Assembly (NCBI GenBank): GCA_031424715.1
Contig: JANPHZ010000256.1
Location: 1-33,872 of the forward strand
Source of the DNA: Frankiaceae bacterium
GTDB taxonomy: Bacteria > Actinomycetota > Actinomycetes > Mycobacteriales > SCTD01
Direction of reading: 5' to 3'
Length of the DNA: 33,872 bases
The notes under the pieces are model-generated. The model was not told the origin of the DNA. It did no database searches and was given only the letters and a program-made list of their open reading frames with translations. The translations under genes were made by a program, and so were the position numbers. Shown here in pieces: positions 1 through 7,907 of the stretch; the first letter of the stretch is position 1, and each line of letters opens with the position of its first letter.

Positions 1-79
1 CGGGTAGCCGGGTCTGCAGGGCGCGCTGTGCCGCGAACGCCCCGACCCCGCCGAGCGCGACCCGGGTCGCGGGCCTCAC
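1..79 (-). CDS. 5' end of a probable gene running off the window (MRPATRVALGGVGAFAAQRALQTRLP...)
   Basis: GTG at 79-77 overlaps the TGA of the upstream gene (GTGA coupling); frame stays open to the window edge. Confidence 0.45.
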   Translation of the reverse strand, partial: MRPATRVALGGVGAFAAQRALQTRLP

Positions 80-1029
80 GGGTTGGCGGTTGCGGTGGGT
101 GCGCCCGCCTGCGCGCCCGGACCCTGCCCGTAGCGGCCCGAGGATCCGCTGGCCTGCTCGGCCAGAGCGAGGACGACAACCAACCGACCGGTCGGGCTGT
201 CCGCCGCGTCGACGCTGGACACCGCGTCGCTCAGCGCGTCGTCGTCCCTCAGCGCCTTGATCAGCCCACCCAGGTCGGCAGCGCTGTCGGGACCGGCCAC
301 CACGAGGCCGGCTGACCTGCGATCCAGAGCCCGTGCGAGGCCGAGTTCGGAACGCTGGCGCTGCACTGCCGGTTCGTCCAGCTCCTTGCCCGCACCCTTG
401 TCGGTCAGGAGCACGACGAGGGTTGCTCGCTCGGTCCCTCGCGGCGCCGCCTGCACGTCGATGAGGTCGGCGGCAGTGAACGCCCCGACGATCTTGGCTG
501 CCGCATCACCGCTCAGCCCGTCCGCACCCGGCGTGCGCACCAGGGCGGCAGCCAGAACCACAGCGGCGCGGTCGGCCGGAGTGCCCTCCGGCAGAGTCAG
601 CCCGGCCGGAGCCACGTCAGCGACCAGGTCGTCGAGCACCTGTCCCTTGGCGGGGTCGAGCAGGTCCTCGCGCAGGCGTACGACGCCGCCGGGCTCGCCG
701 CCGGCCTGCGTGACGAGCTGGTTCAGCGACTGCACCTGGTCGGTGGAGGCGCCCGGCACGGTGACGATCAGGACCCGCTGCCCGCTCAGCCGACCGGCCA
801 CCGCACGGGCACCGACGGCTGCCGACACGTCGTCGCGGCGCGCGATCTGGGTTCGCAGGTCCTCAACGGTCGACTCGAGCGCGCGCTTGTCGGAGATGAC
901 CTGGCTGTTGCTGGACCGCAGGGTGTCGACGATGCCGCCGTTCAGCGCCGTCGTACCCACCACGATGCCCAGCGCGAGAGCTAGGAAGATCGCGATGACG
1001 GACACGAGGTGGTAGCGGAAGTCGATCAC
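76..1029 (-). CDS. mctB: MctB/SteB (DUF3186, 'copper transporter') family envelope protein
   Basis: N-terminus (M)IDFRYHLVSVIAIFLALALGIVVG is the family signature, followed by a coiled coil and a C-terminal VSSVD...GRYG segment; GTG start at 1029. Confidence 0.85.
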   Translation of the reverse strand: MIDFRYHLVSVIAIFLALALGIVVGTTALNGGIVDTLRSSNSQVISDKRALESTVEDLRTQIARRDDVSAAVGARAVAGRLSGQRVLIVTVPGASTDQVQSLNQLVTQAGGEPGGVVRLREDLLDPAKGQVLDDLVADVAPAGLTLPEGTPADRAAVVLAAALVRTPGADGLSGDAAAKIVGAFTAADLIDVQAAPRGTERATLVVLLTDKGAGKELDEPAVQRQRSELGLARALDRRSAGLVVAGPDSAADLGGLIKALRDDDALSDAVSSVDAADSPTGRLVVVLALAEQASGSSGRYGQGPGAQAGAPTATANP

Positions 1030-1250
1030 GGCAGGGGCCTCCGGTCGGCGACCAGCGGGCGACGTCCGCCACGTACGGCGGGAACGGGGCAGAACCGGCA
1101 AGGGCACGTGACGGCGACGGCGCGGACCGCTGCGACGAAGGTGGGAGAGCTCACCGGCGCGACGCTACAGGCGCGGGGAGCCAGGCGGAGGGCCGGTCGG
1201 CCGGTGTCCTTGCCGTGACCGTGCCGACTCAGTAGAGTCAGCCCCTCGTA

Positions 1251-1262
1251 ATGTACGTACAT
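1251..1262. promoter_or_regulatory. Putative GntR/HutC-type operator, copy 1 (ATGTACGTACAT)
   Basis: Perfect 12-bp AT-rich palindrome 40 bp upstream of the GNAT-AAA start; matches TGTA-N2-TACA. Confidence 0.65.
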
Positions 1263-1301
1263 CACCGGAGGCAGTCTGATGCCACCTGGGAGTTGGGGCG
1301 G

Positions 1302-2570
1302 ATGAGCCGCTGGCACGTGCGCGACCTCACCGATCGCGACCTCGAGCGAGCCGTCGCCCTGGATGCCCTGTCCAGCACCGTCGCGCAGCCGGCGCTGTTC
1401 CCGCTCGCCGACGTCGTGGCGAGTCTGGTGGCGGGACAGCCCGCTGTCACAGCCGAGGTGGGCGGCGAGATGGTGGGCGTGGCCGTCGGTCGCGTCGATC
1501 GCGACCGCGGCTGGATCTTGCGGATGACGCTGCATCCACAATGGCGCGGAAGGGGCCTGGGCAGCGAGCTGCTCGCCCACCTGGAGCATCGGCTGGTCGC
1601 GGCAGGCGCGCGGCGGCTCACCTGCGTCCTGCCGCGCGGGGAGACCGGCACTCAGGCCCTGGTGAACTCGGGCTTCACCACACGGGACGACGTGACCTGG
1701 TTCGACAAGCTCGAGCAGGTGCGGACCGAAGACGTCCAGGCCGCGGCCGCGCTCGGGGGCGTCATCCCGCCGTCCAACCTCTGGGCCAAGGTCGAAGGGA
1801 TGACGCAGGAGAAGGACGTCATCGACCGGCGGGTCGTGCTCCCCCTCGCCCACCGCGGCCTGGCGGAGGAGCACGGGGTGCGCGAGCCGCGCGCGGTGAT
1901 GCTCTTCGGTCCGCCTGGTACGGGCAAGACAACGTTCGCTCGGGCCATCGCCAGCCGGCTGAGCTGGCCCTTCGTCGAGCTGTTCCCCTCGCGCCTGGCG
2001 GGTGGCAGCGGTGGACTGGCCGGCGGGCTGTCCGACGCCTTCTCCACCCTGGCCCAGATGGAGCACGTCCTGGTGTTCATCGACGAGGTCGAGGAGGTCG
2101 CGGCTGACCGGGCCACCACGACCTCTGACGTCGGGGTCGTGAACGAACTGCTGAAGGCCATCGTCACCTTCCGCGAGCGGCCCAACCGGCTGCTCGTGTG
2201 CGCGACGAACAGCATCAGCAGCTTGGACGCTGCCTTCCTTCGGCACGGGCGATTCGACTACGTGCTGCCGATCGGTCCGCCCGACGCAGACGCTCGATGC
2301 GCGCTCTGGCGCCGCGCCGCCGAGAACACGGACGCCGAACTGGACCTCGAGCGTCTCGCCGACGCCAGCGAAGGTCTGACCCCTGCCGACATCGGCCACG
2401 CCGGTCAGCAGGTCGCCGCTCGGTCCTTCGAGTCCACGCTCTCCAGCGGACGACGCCTGCCGAGCACGACCGAGGACTACCTGCGGGCCATAGCCGAGAC
2501 GCGCCCCACCCTGACCGCCGAGGACATCGATCGCTTCCGGGACGACGTACGGCGGTACGAACGTTCGTGA
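1302..2570 (+). CDS. GNAT acetyltransferase / AAA+ ATPase fusion protein
   Basis: GNAT motif A (LHPQWRGRGLGSELL), Walker A GPPGTGKT, Walker B VFIDEVE, second region of homology ATNSISSLDAAFLRHGRFD. Likely start ATG 1302. Confidence 0.85.
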   Translation: MSRWHVRDLTDRDLERAVALDALSSTVAQPALFPLADVVASLVAGQPAVTAEVGGEMVGVAVGRVDRDRGWILRMTLHPQWRGRGLGSELLAHLEHRLVAAGARRLTCVLPRGETGTQALVNSGFTTRDDVTWFDKLEQVRTEDVQAAAALGGVIPPSNLWAKVEGMTQEKDVIDRRVVLPLAHRGLAEEHGVREPRAVMLFGPPGTGKTTFARAIASRLSWPFVELFPSRLAGGSGGLAGGLSDAFSTLAQMEHVLVFIDEVEEVAADRATTTSDVGVVNELLKAIVTFRERPNRLLVCATNSISSLDAAFLRHGRFDYVLPIGPPDADARCALWRRAAENTDAELDLERLADASEGLTPADIGHAGQQVAARSFESTLSSGRRLPSTTEDYLRAIAETRPTLTAEDIDRFRDDVRRYERS

Positions 2571-2611
2571 GCACGGGTCAGCCCGGGCAGACGATCAGCG
2601 CAGCGAGCAGA

Positions 2612-2803
2612 TCAACACACGAAGCAGGTCAGGCTCGTCCAGAGGGCGAACGTGCCGCTGCCGACCAAGGCGAGCAGCGGCCTGAGCGGCAGCCTCGCCT
2701 CTGCGGGCTCCGCCGGGGCCATCGCACCGGCACCTGCCTGGGACCCGACGGCAACCGGCGGCGTCGTCCACTCAACGGCGTCCAGGTCCACGCAGACCGT
2801 CAC
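2612..2803 (-). CDS. Small hypothetical membrane protein (63 aa) ending in CxxC
   Basis: GTG at 2803 overlaps the stop of the MBL-fold gene (GTGA); hydrophobic C-terminal segment LLALVGSGTFALWTSLTCFVC-stop. Confidence 0.5.
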   Translation of the reverse strand: MTVCVDLDAVEWTTPPVAVGSQAGAGAMAPAEPAEARLPLRPLLALVGSGTFALWTSLTCFVC

Positions 2804-4149
2804 GGCGCTGTCATTGGCAAACCCGCCTTCTCGGCGTTGTCGAAGTCGTCGTCGATGTGCACGACCGGGTGCCCCGCGCGGTCCAGCAGACTCGCGGCGA
2901 TGCTGGCCCGGAAGCCGGCGGCGCAGTGCACCCAGACCTTGTCCGACGGCACCTCGGCCAGCCGGTCCTGCAGCTCGCTGAGCGGGATGTGGACCGACCC
3001 CTCGATGAAACCGTTCGCGCGCTCGTCGTGGCGGCGCACGTCCAGGACGACGGCACCCGGCTCGGCGGCGACCTGCTCGAAGTCGGCGACAGGGAAGGAG
3101 CGCAGGTCGATGCCGTCCGCGAGTGACTCGATCTCGCCCGTGGCGGCGCCGGCCGGCCGCTCGATGCCGATGCGCACCAGTTGGCGCTGGGCGTCCGCGA
3201 TCTGCTCGGGGCTCTCGCCGATCAGGGTGACCGGCTCCCCCCACGGGACGATCCAGCCGACATAGGTCGAGAACTGGGTGCCCATCGCCACCGACACCGT
3301 GCCCGCGAGGTGCCGACCGGCGTACGTCGAGCGGTCCCGGAGGTCGACCACCCACTCACCGGCCCGGATCCGCGAGGCGAGCTCGGCGGGGTCGACCGGG
3401 GTGGCCGGCGAGAGGTCCGGAGCGTCCGGCCCCTGCGCGTTGCGCGGGCCCATGTAGGCGTAGTAGGTGGGGTAGCCGGTCAGCCCGGCGACGAGCCGGT
3501 CGACGAACGCCTGCTCGTCGTCCTCGAGCAGCGCGTCGTTGCGGGTCTTCTCGGTCCCGATGGTGCTGTCGCTGCCACCGCTGGCACCGCCGGAGGAGCA
3601 GAAGCTGCCGAAGCCGTGGGTCGGGTAGACCGGCGTCTCGTCCGGGAGGAGCTCGGCCAACCGCCGGGCCGAGCGCCACTGCTTGCGCGTGAGCTCGTCG
3701 GTCCGGTCCGTCCCGAGCAGGTCTGTGCGCCCGACGCTGCCGTACAGCAGCGAGCCGCCGGTGAACACGGCCGAGGGCCCCTCGCCGTCGCTGATGACGT
3801 AGGACACGTGCGTGTCGGTGTGCCCGGGCGTCTCCAGGACTCGGACGGTCATGGTCCCGGCCGAGAGGTCGTCACCGTCGTGCACCGAGCACCGCTCGAA
3901 GGACACCTCGTCGCGCCCGGCCACGACGTAGGTGGCCCCCGTCTTGCGGGCGAGCGCCAGGCCGCCGGTGACGTAGTCGTTGTGCAGGTGGGTCTCGACC
4001 ACCAGCGTCGCGGTCACCCCCAGCTCGCTCAGCAGGCTCTCCACCCGGTCGAAATCGCGCTGCGGGTCGACGACGACGGCGCACGTCCCGTCACTGACGA
4101 CGTAGCTGCGGTCGCCCAGGTCCGGTGTCTCGATCACGTCGACGCGCAT
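2800..4149 (-). CDS. MBL-fold metallo-hydrolase with two rhodanese domains (CstB-like persulfide dioxygenase/sulfurtransferase)
   Basis: ETHLHNDY, ETPGHT, HGFGSFC; a Cys-less rhodanese-like domain, then an active-type domain with VHCAAGFRA; GGAGG RBS upstream. Confidence 0.85.
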   Translation of the reverse strand: MRVDVIETPDLGDRSYVVSDGTCAVVVDPQRDFDRVESLLSELGVTATLVVETHLHNDYVTGGLALARKTGATYVVAGRDEVSFERCSVHDGDDLSAGTMTVRVLETPGHTDTHVSYVISDGEGPSAVFTGGSLLYGSVGRTDLLGTDRTDELTRKQWRSARRLAELLPDETPVYPTHGFGSFCSSGGASGGSDSTIGTEKTRNDALLEDDEQAFVDRLVAGLTGYPTYYAYMGPRNAQGPDAPDLSPATPVDPAELASRIRAGEWVVDLRDRSTYAGRHLAGTVSVAMGTQFSTYVGWIVPWGEPVTLIGESPEQIADAQRQLVRIGIERPAGAATGEIESLADGIDLRSFPVADFEQVAAEPGAVVLDVRRHDERANGFIEGSVHIPLSELQDRLAEVPSDKVWVHCAAGFRASIAASLLDRAGHPVVHIDDDFDNAEKAGLPMTAP

Positions 4150-4177
4150 GCTGCCTCCAGGTGAAGTGTCGTGCTCT

Positions 4178-4189
4178 TTGTCCGTACAT
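4178..4189. promoter_or_regulatory. Putative GntR/HutC-type operator, copy 2 (TTGTCCGTACAT)
   Basis: Lies in the divergent MBL-rhodanese/sulP promoter region; 10/12 match to copy 1. Confidence 0.6.
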
Positions 4190-4195
4190 TAATGT

Positions 4196-4211
4196 CGTGA
4201 GCCGCATCCCG
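4196..4211. promoter_or_regulatory. Possible CRP-family site (CGTGA-N6-TCCCG)
   Basis: One mismatch from the YGTGA-N6-TCACR palindrome; 6 bp from operator copy 2. Confidence 0.3.
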
Positions 4212-4257
4212 CAAGGGCCCGGGCGGAGCAGCCTGCCCGCTGGAAACGGAAGGCAGC

Positions 4258-6060
4258 GTGAGAACGTCCGACATGCCCAGCCCCGCCGGTCGGTCGCGCA
4301 GTGCCGCCGCCGTTGGTCGCGGACGGCGAACCCTGGTGACGGTCCTCCCGGCGTCCAGGTGGCTGCTGTCCTACCGCCGCGAGTTCCTGCGCAGCGACCT
4401 CCCAGCAGGTCTCACGGTCGCGGTGCTGCTCATCCCCCAGTCCATGGCCTACGCCGCTCTGGCAGGCATGCCCCCGCAGGCGGGTCTCTACGCAGCGATC
4501 GTGTCCCTGCTCGTCTATGCCGCACTCGGGAGCAGCAGCTTCATCTCCGTCGGACCGGTGGCCATCGACTCCCTCCTGGTCGCCGCGGCGGTCGGTCCCC
4601 TCGCCCAGGGCGACCCGGAGCTCTACGTCGCCACGGCGGGAGTGCTCGCCGTCCTGACCGGCCTGATCCAGCTGACCCTCGGGACGCTCCGGCTCGGCGC
4701 GCTCGTCAACTTCCTCTCCGTGCCCGTCATCAGCGGGTTCACCTCGGCCGCGGCCCTCACGATCGCTGCCAGTCAGGTCAAGGACCTGCTCGGTCTCACC
4801 GTGCCCCCAGGGCAGGGCAGCAGCTTCGTGGACACGGTCCGTGCCGCACTGGCGGCAGCGGACACCGCGCACCTGCTCACGGTGCTGATCGCTGCGGCCT
4901 CCGTGCTCAGCCTCGTCGGGGCGCGGCGCCTCGGCCCCCGCGTGCCCGCGGCGCTCGTGGTCGTGGCGCTCTCGACCGCCGTCGTTGCCCTGCTGCGCCT
5001 GGACGCCGACGGCATCAAGGTCCTGGGCGAAGTGCCGGCGGGACTACCGCGTCTGGTCGTTCCGAGTGTCGACGTCGACCTCGTCCGGCGGCTGCTGCCG
5101 GCCGCGCTGACGATCGCCGTGATCTCGTACATGGAGAGCATCAGCACGGCCAAGGCCTTCGCGACCCGCACGCGCACGCGCGTCCAACCCAATCAGGAGC
5201 TGGTGGCCGTCGGAGCGGCCAACCTCGCGGCCGGGCTTTTCCGGGGGTTCTCCGTGGCCGGCGGGTTCTCGAGGGGTGCTGTCAACTTCCGCGCGGGCGC
5301 CAAGACGCAACTGGCCGGCGTCACGGCAGCAGCCGTGCTGCTCGTGGCGGTCACCTTCCTCACCCCCCTGTTCTTCTTCCTGCCCAAGGCCGCCCTGGCC
5401 GCTGTGATCGTCGTCGCGGTCGCCTCCCTCGTCGACCTCCGCGGAGCGCGACGGATCCTGCGGGTGCAGCGGGCCGACGGCATCGGCCTGCTGGTGACCT
5501 TCCTCGCCACGCTCCTGCTCGGCGTCGCGCAGGGCCTGGCCGTGGGCGTGGTCGCCAGCCTGCTCGTCTTCATCGCCCGCACCGCCCGCCCGAACGTCGT
5601 CGAGGTGGGTCGTGTCAAGGGGACCGCGCGCTACCGCAGCGTCGAGCGCTGGGCCACCCGCACCGACGACCGGATCGCGATCCTGCGCATGGACGGGCCG
5701 CTGTACTTCGCGAACGCCCGCTTCTTCGAGCAACGGGCGCAGGCGCTGGTGGGCGACCGGCCGCTCGTCGAGCACCTGGTGATCGTGGCGAGCGGGATCG
5801 GGGACATCGACGCGAGCGGCTCGGAGCTGCTCAGCGAGCTGGACGACGAGCTGCGCGAAGGCGGCGTGCTGCTGCACCTGGTCACGGTGCGCGGCCCGGT
5901 GCGGGACACCCTGGCCAACACCGACCTGTGGGGGGACATGATGAGATCCGGACGCATTCACACCACGATCGAGGCGGCCGTGCGCGCGATTGCCGGGCGG
6001 ACCGGATCGCCGTTGCTCAAGCCCGATGGCGAGCTCCACGAGCCCCCGGATCTGGTCTAG
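4258..6060 (+). CDS. sulP: SulP/SLC26 family anion transporter with STAS domain
   Basis: DLPAGLTVAVLLIPQSMAYA, NQEL, GGFSRGAVN, STAS motif RMDGPLYFAN; exact start uncertain. Confidence 0.92.
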   Translation: MRTSDMPSPAGRSRSAAAVGRGRRTLVTVLPASRWLLSYRREFLRSDLPAGLTVAVLLIPQSMAYAALAGMPPQAGLYAAIVSLLVYAALGSSSFISVGPVAIDSLLVAAAVGPLAQGDPELYVATAGVLAVLTGLIQLTLGTLRLGALVNFLSVPVISGFTSAAALTIAASQVKDLLGLTVPPGQGSSFVDTVRAALAAADTAHLLTVLIAAASVLSLVGARRLGPRVPAALVVVALSTAVVALLRLDADGIKVLGEVPAGLPRLVVPSVDVDLVRRLLPAALTIAVISYMESISTAKAFATRTRTRVQPNQELVAVGAANLAAGLFRGFSVAGGFSRGAVNFRAGAKTQLAGVTAAAVLLVAVTFLTPLFFFLPKAALAAVIVVAVASLVDLRGARRILRVQRADGIGLLVTFLATLLLGVAQGLAVGVVASLLVFIARTARPNVVEVGRVKGTARYRSVERWATRTDDRIAILRMDGPLYFANARFFEQRAQALVGDRPLVEHLVIVASGIGDIDASGSELLSELDDELREGGVLLHLVTVRGPVRDTLANTDLWGDMMRSGRIHTTIEAAVRAIAGRTGSPLLKPDGELHEPPDLV

Positions 6061-6106
6061 CAGCGTCGAGCAGTTGCACCGAACGCACGTTGAGGAGGAG
6101 GCGCCA

Positions 6107-6598
6107 GTGACATCACCCGGCGGTTCCGGTCGTGCGCTGCCCCCCGGCCGCCTCCCGCTGCCCGACGGCGAGTGCGCACGCCGGCTCGGCCGCCAGCCGA
6201 CGGACAGCATCGACGGCGGCTTTGCCGTCGTGCTCAACTGCATCGACGGGCGAGCCCAGCAACCCTTGCTGGACTGGGTCTGCACCCAGTACGCCATCGA
6301 CTACGCAGACGTCGTGACCGAGCCAGGGATCGCTGCCCTGCTCGCGTCGGGTGCGCCCAAGTGGCGTGATGCGGTGCTGGACAAGGTGTGCGTGTCTCGG
6401 CTCGCGCACCTGTCCTGCTACCTGGTCGTCGCCGGACACCACGACTGTGCCGCCAACCCGGTGCCGCGCCCGGTGCACGAGGAGCAGATCCGCACCGCCA
6501 TGCAGTGGTTGCGGACCGCCTTGCCCCGGTTCGACATCGCGGGGGTCTACGTGGACGACACGTGGACCGCATGTCCCGTTGCCGAGCGCACGGGCTGA
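6107..6598 (+). CDS. Beta-class carbonic-anhydrase-like zinc enzyme
   Basis: Zn-ligand motifs NCIDGR and GHHDC; strong RBS GAGGAGGAGG before GTG 6107. Confidence 0.75.
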   Translation: MTSPGGSGRALPPGRLPLPDGECARRLGRQPTDSIDGGFAVVLNCIDGRAQQPLLDWVCTQYAIDYADVVTEPGIAALLASGAPKWRDAVLDKVCVSRLAHLSCYLVVAGHHDCAANPVPRPVHEEQIRTAMQWLRTALPRFDIAGVYVDDTWTACPVAERTG

Positions 6599-6611
6599 CG
6601 GGCCGGGCACC

Positions 6612-7826
6612 GTGCTGATCTCCGTCTCCGAGTGGGAACAGGTCCTGCAGGCCCTGCTCCGGCCGCTCCCGGCTCGGCGCCTGCCGCTCGCGGACGCTGA
6701 CGGGTGCCTGCTCATGGAGGACGTGCCCACGCTGCACCCGCTGCCGCCGTTCACCGCTTCGGCGATGGACGGCTACGCGGTCCGCGCCGGCGACGTCCGA
6801 GCCGCCGCGCCGGATGCTCCCGTGGCCCTGCGCGTCGTCGCGTCCGCTCCGGCCGGCCACCCCGTGCCAGCGTTCGTCGGTCCTGGCCAGGCCGTGCGGA
6901 TCCTCACCGGCGGACAGCTGCCCGAGGGCGCGGACGCCGTCGTCGCCGTCGAGTCCACCGACGGCGGGCGGGAGGTCGTGCAGGTCCGCGAGGCCGTCGC
7001 CCCCGGGAGGCACGTGCGCCGGGCCGGCGAGGACCTGCCGCAGGGCGCGCACATCCTGCGGGCTGGCCGAGCGGTCGGACCGGGCCAGGTCGCCGCGGCA
7101 GCAGCAGCCGGACACGCCACCCTGCTGGTCGCGCCCCGGCCACGAGTGGTCGTCGTGGCCACCGGCGACGAGCTGGTCCCCGCCGGGAAGCACCTCGGGC
7201 CTGGTCAGCTCCCGGACAGCAATTCCGCCGGGCTCGCCGCCGCCATCCGTCACGCGGGCGCGCAGGCCACCGCCCTGCGCTGCGGGGACGACCCGCAGCT
7301 GCTCCGCCGGCTGCTGGCAGACGCTGCTACCACCGCAGACCTGATCGTCACCACCGGGGGCATCAGCGCAGGCGAGGAGAACGACGTCGTCAAGGCCGCG
7401 CTGTCCGGCGGTGGGGTGCGGTTCGCGAACGTTGCGATGCAGCCCGGCTCGCCGCAAGCGGCCGGGTCCCTGGACGGGGTTGGCTTCGTGGGGTTACCGG
7501 GCAATCCCGTGGCTGCGATGGTGTCCTTCGTCGTGTTCGTGCTCCCCCTGATCAGAGCCTTGCGCGGGCTGGCTCCGGCCGCTCCGGCGTCTCCGGTGGA
7601 GCTCGCCGCCCAGGTGGACCCCCACCCGGTCAAGACGCGTTACGTCGCCGCCCAGTGGTCTTCCGGCCGCGGCCGACCCACCGCCGTACCGCACAGCCGT
7701 CAGGGCAGCCACCTGATGACGCTGCTCGCCGATACGGACCTGCTCCTGGAGATCGCGCCCGGCAACCAGCCGCAGCTACCGGGCTCGTCCGTCCCCGCCC
7801 ATCGTTTGGCGGACACCTCCTTCTAG
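6612..7826 (+). CDS. moeA: Molybdopterin molybdotransferase MoeA (Glp)
   Basis: PPFTASAMDGYAV, RILTGG, TGDEL, TTGGISAG, GLPGNP motifs; GTG start at 6612. Confidence 0.93.
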   Translation: MLISVSEWEQVLQALLRPLPARRLPLADADGCLLMEDVPTLHPLPPFTASAMDGYAVRAGDVRAAAPDAPVALRVVASAPAGHPVPAFVGPGQAVRILTGGQLPEGADAVVAVESTDGGREVVQVREAVAPGRHVRRAGEDLPQGAHILRAGRAVGPGQVAAAAAAGHATLLVAPRPRVVVVATGDELVPAGKHLGPGQLPDSNSAGLAAAIRHAGAQATALRCGDDPQLLRRLLADAATTADLIVTTGGISAGEENDVVKAALSGGGVRFANVAMQPGSPQAAGSLDGVGFVGLPGNPVAAMVSFVVFVLPLIRALRGLAPAAPASPVELAAQVDPHPVKTRYVAAQWSSGRGRPTAVPHSRQGSHLMTLLADTDLLLEIAPGNQPQLPGSSVPAHRLADTSF

Positions 7827-7828
7827 AA

Positions 7829-7840
7829 AGGTCCGGACAT
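7829..7840. promoter_or_regulatory. Putative GntR/HutC-type operator, copy 3 (AGGTCCGGACAT)
   Basis: Short intergenic gap before the molybdoenzyme operon; one mismatch from the palindrome ATGTCCGGACAT. Confidence 0.55.
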
Positions 7841-7907
7841 CCCTTGCGCAACCCAACCGTCACCGCCTAGCGTCCAGCCGATGCTGTCGCCGCTCGAAGG
7901 GAATCGC

